Positions 62,031-64,000 of a stretch of 64,000 nt of DNA are shown here, one piece after another. Both the position numbers and the translations under genes were made by a program. The notes beneath the pieces were generated by a model, which saw only the letters and a program-made list of their open reading frames with translations, ran no database searches and was not told the DNA's origin. Within the stretch, counting starts at the first letter, position 1. Every line of letters starts with the position of its first letter. Source of the DNA: the human T2T-CHM13v2.0 reference genome, Homo sapiens; NCBI RefSeq assembly GCF_009914755.1, contig NC_060939.1, one strand, 5' to 3'.

Positions 62031-62664
62031 AGTAAAACTAAGCTTATCTACCTCTAAGATACTAGTTGCCTCCCTAAAATCTGATCCATACACTAAGTCT
62101 TCCTCAGTGACTCACAGAAGGCAAAATTAGAAACTTCTGGTTCAAATTAAAAGAACTTCTATATTTTAATTTTAATTTGATGTTATAATCCCACTTGGGA
62201 AGATGGTAAATAAAGAATTGACAGTAAGAGCCAGTGCTCTCCTCAAGGTCATTTTTTTTCAAATTTGATGGTTTAAATAAACCTATTACCAATTTATAAT
62301 TATTCAGTAGTCCGTATAAAATGATGATTGCAGATTAATAATTTGCATGCAGTTTTTCTATAACACCATATACCCACATATTGAACAGAGAAATGTGATA
62401 TCCTTGAATCTGAATACCTTGAGATGGTGATGAGTCTGATATGGAAAAAGAATTAGCAATGGTCTTAGAAGTCAAATAATAAAGTGGTTATATAAACAAA
62501 CGAAGGCGCCAAACTTCAAAGTCCTATCTTCCCTAACATGTCATGAGTATTTCATTTTAACAAAAGTATAAATAGAAAAAGGTAATTCTTAAAAATAAAA
62601 CAATTATTAATAAATTAATCTCCAATCTCTAATCTAGGACATCTAAATTATTACTCATATAATT

Positions 62665-62828
62665 CTTTTTTATTTTATAAGCGACTGGGTCTTGCTCTGT
62701 CACCCAGGCTGGAGTGCAGTGGCACCATCACAACTCACTGCAACCTTGAATTCCTGGGTTCAAGCAATCTTACTACTTCAGCCTCTCAAAGTGCTGAGAT
62801 TACAGGCATAAACCACCACATCCAGCCC
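62665..62828 (-). mobile_element. Alu monomer (FAM/FRAM-like)
   Basis: single-arm antisense Alu. Confidence 0.8.
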
Positions 62829-63644
62829 ACAGCATTCTTAAGACTACTGAACAGACATAATATTACAATTAAAATGCTGTAATTTATAAATGGACAAAAT
62901 ATACTCTTAATGGTATCTATCATCTTGCTTACTTTTCAAGAATCAAATAATTGCTTATACTTACTATACAGCAAAATTCTGATGCTTGAAATCATTGAAA
63001 TAACTTTTTCATTTTCAAGCAATCTGTGAGCAAAACCACCTAAAATTCTTTTTTGAACATTGAGTTTTATGGTATTAATTTTATATTTAAGAATCTAACA
63101 TTTCCCTCTGTAAAACAAATCTTCACATTCCCACTGGTCTCCCACTTACCTCTTTGTGTTACTGAGGTCCATGGGGTTTAAGGTTGCTTAGAAAGGTAAA
63201 GCTTAGGAGAGTAGGTGGATGGTATTCACATGTGAAGATAACTATACAATAATACCTCTGATAATGAACTTCTTTCATGAACGAAGTCAGGCAAACTTTT
63301 AGCCAAAAAAACTCAGAAATCATGGGGAACAAAGTTGCAGATATTCATAAATATTATTCAATAAACAGCTTCTATTTGTCTTTTCCAACAAAACGGTGAA
63401 ACCTCAGAGTTTTCTGCTTAAAAAATTTTTTTTTGTTCATTGTTTTCTTTCTGTAAGAAGAAAACCATTTCTGTTCTCTTCACACCCACTCCTAAACAAA
63501 ATAAGAATCTGCTGTAGGTTATTTACATTTATTGATTGATTAAATATACCTAAAAGAGAATGTTGATCACATTACTTACACAGAATGTGTATTTTAGACC
63601 TGTTTCTGATGTTAATAGCAAACAGATAACTTAGAAGGCAGAAG

Positions 63645-63850
63645 ACAATGTTCTAAGTGGTTCATACATATTAACCAATTTAATCCTTCCAACAACTCCA
63701 TGAGATAAGTACCATTATTATTCTCACTTTGCAGCTGAGGAAACTGATGCAGAGATGTTAAGTAACTTGCCAAGGACCATACAGCTAATAAATGGCAGAG
63801 CTGGGATAAAAACCTTGGCAGTCAGGCTCACAGTTACAATGCTGTACTGT
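63645..63850 (-). mobile_element. MIR
   Basis: atttaatccttccaacaac...ctgaggaaactga...taagtaacttgcc. Confidence 0.82.
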
Positions 63851-64000
63851 TTCTCATTAATGCAGTTAGCACATCTACAGAGATTAGGGATAAAAAAGCA
63901 GATCTGAAATCATTCTTGACCATACTTTAAGGCTAATTTTGATGTTAAAGATGACTTAGACCTATCGGGTTGCCTAAAACAAGAATGTCAGAAGACAGAA

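Noticed and set aside
62830-64000. Search for PYGO1 exon 1 or a CpG-island promoter
   Set aside because: No CpG island or matching coding sequence seen; exon 1 must lie beyond the window.

Overview
Primate, almost certainly human, genomic DNA (a near-consensus AluYa5 is present). The only protein-coding gene is PYGO1 (Pygopus 1, Wnt/beta-catenin co-activator) on the minus strand: an 86-nt internal coding exon (32080-32165), the terminal coding exon (29214-30338; NPF motif and PHD finger) and a ~7.1 kb inferred 3' UTR running to an AATAAA at 22097-22102. Exon 1 lies beyond the right edge of the window. Positions 1-22 kb are downstream/intergenic and 32.2-64 kb are intron 1; both are dominated by nested L1, Alu, MaLR/ERV LTR and DNA-transposon relics, and nearly all other ORFs in the track are repeat artefacts. 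The most notable item is invisible to the ORF track: a ~1.24 kb, full-length-sized, decayed mariner transposon (both TIR cores plus an end-to-end transposase relic ending YFD*-AATAAA) lying sense-oriented in the PYGO1 3' UTR. It has a splice-acceptor-like site that is in frame with PYGO1 exon 2, i.e. a SETMAR-like transposase-capture layout (hypothesis only; the ORF is dead in this sequence). Several atypical retrotransposition and repair junctions are also readable: a twin-primed Alu, a tailless internally primed L1 with a TSD, a short 3' transduction and short templated insertions. Repeat subfamily names come from my recall of consensus sequences, not from a database search, and repeat boundaries without TSDs are approximate.
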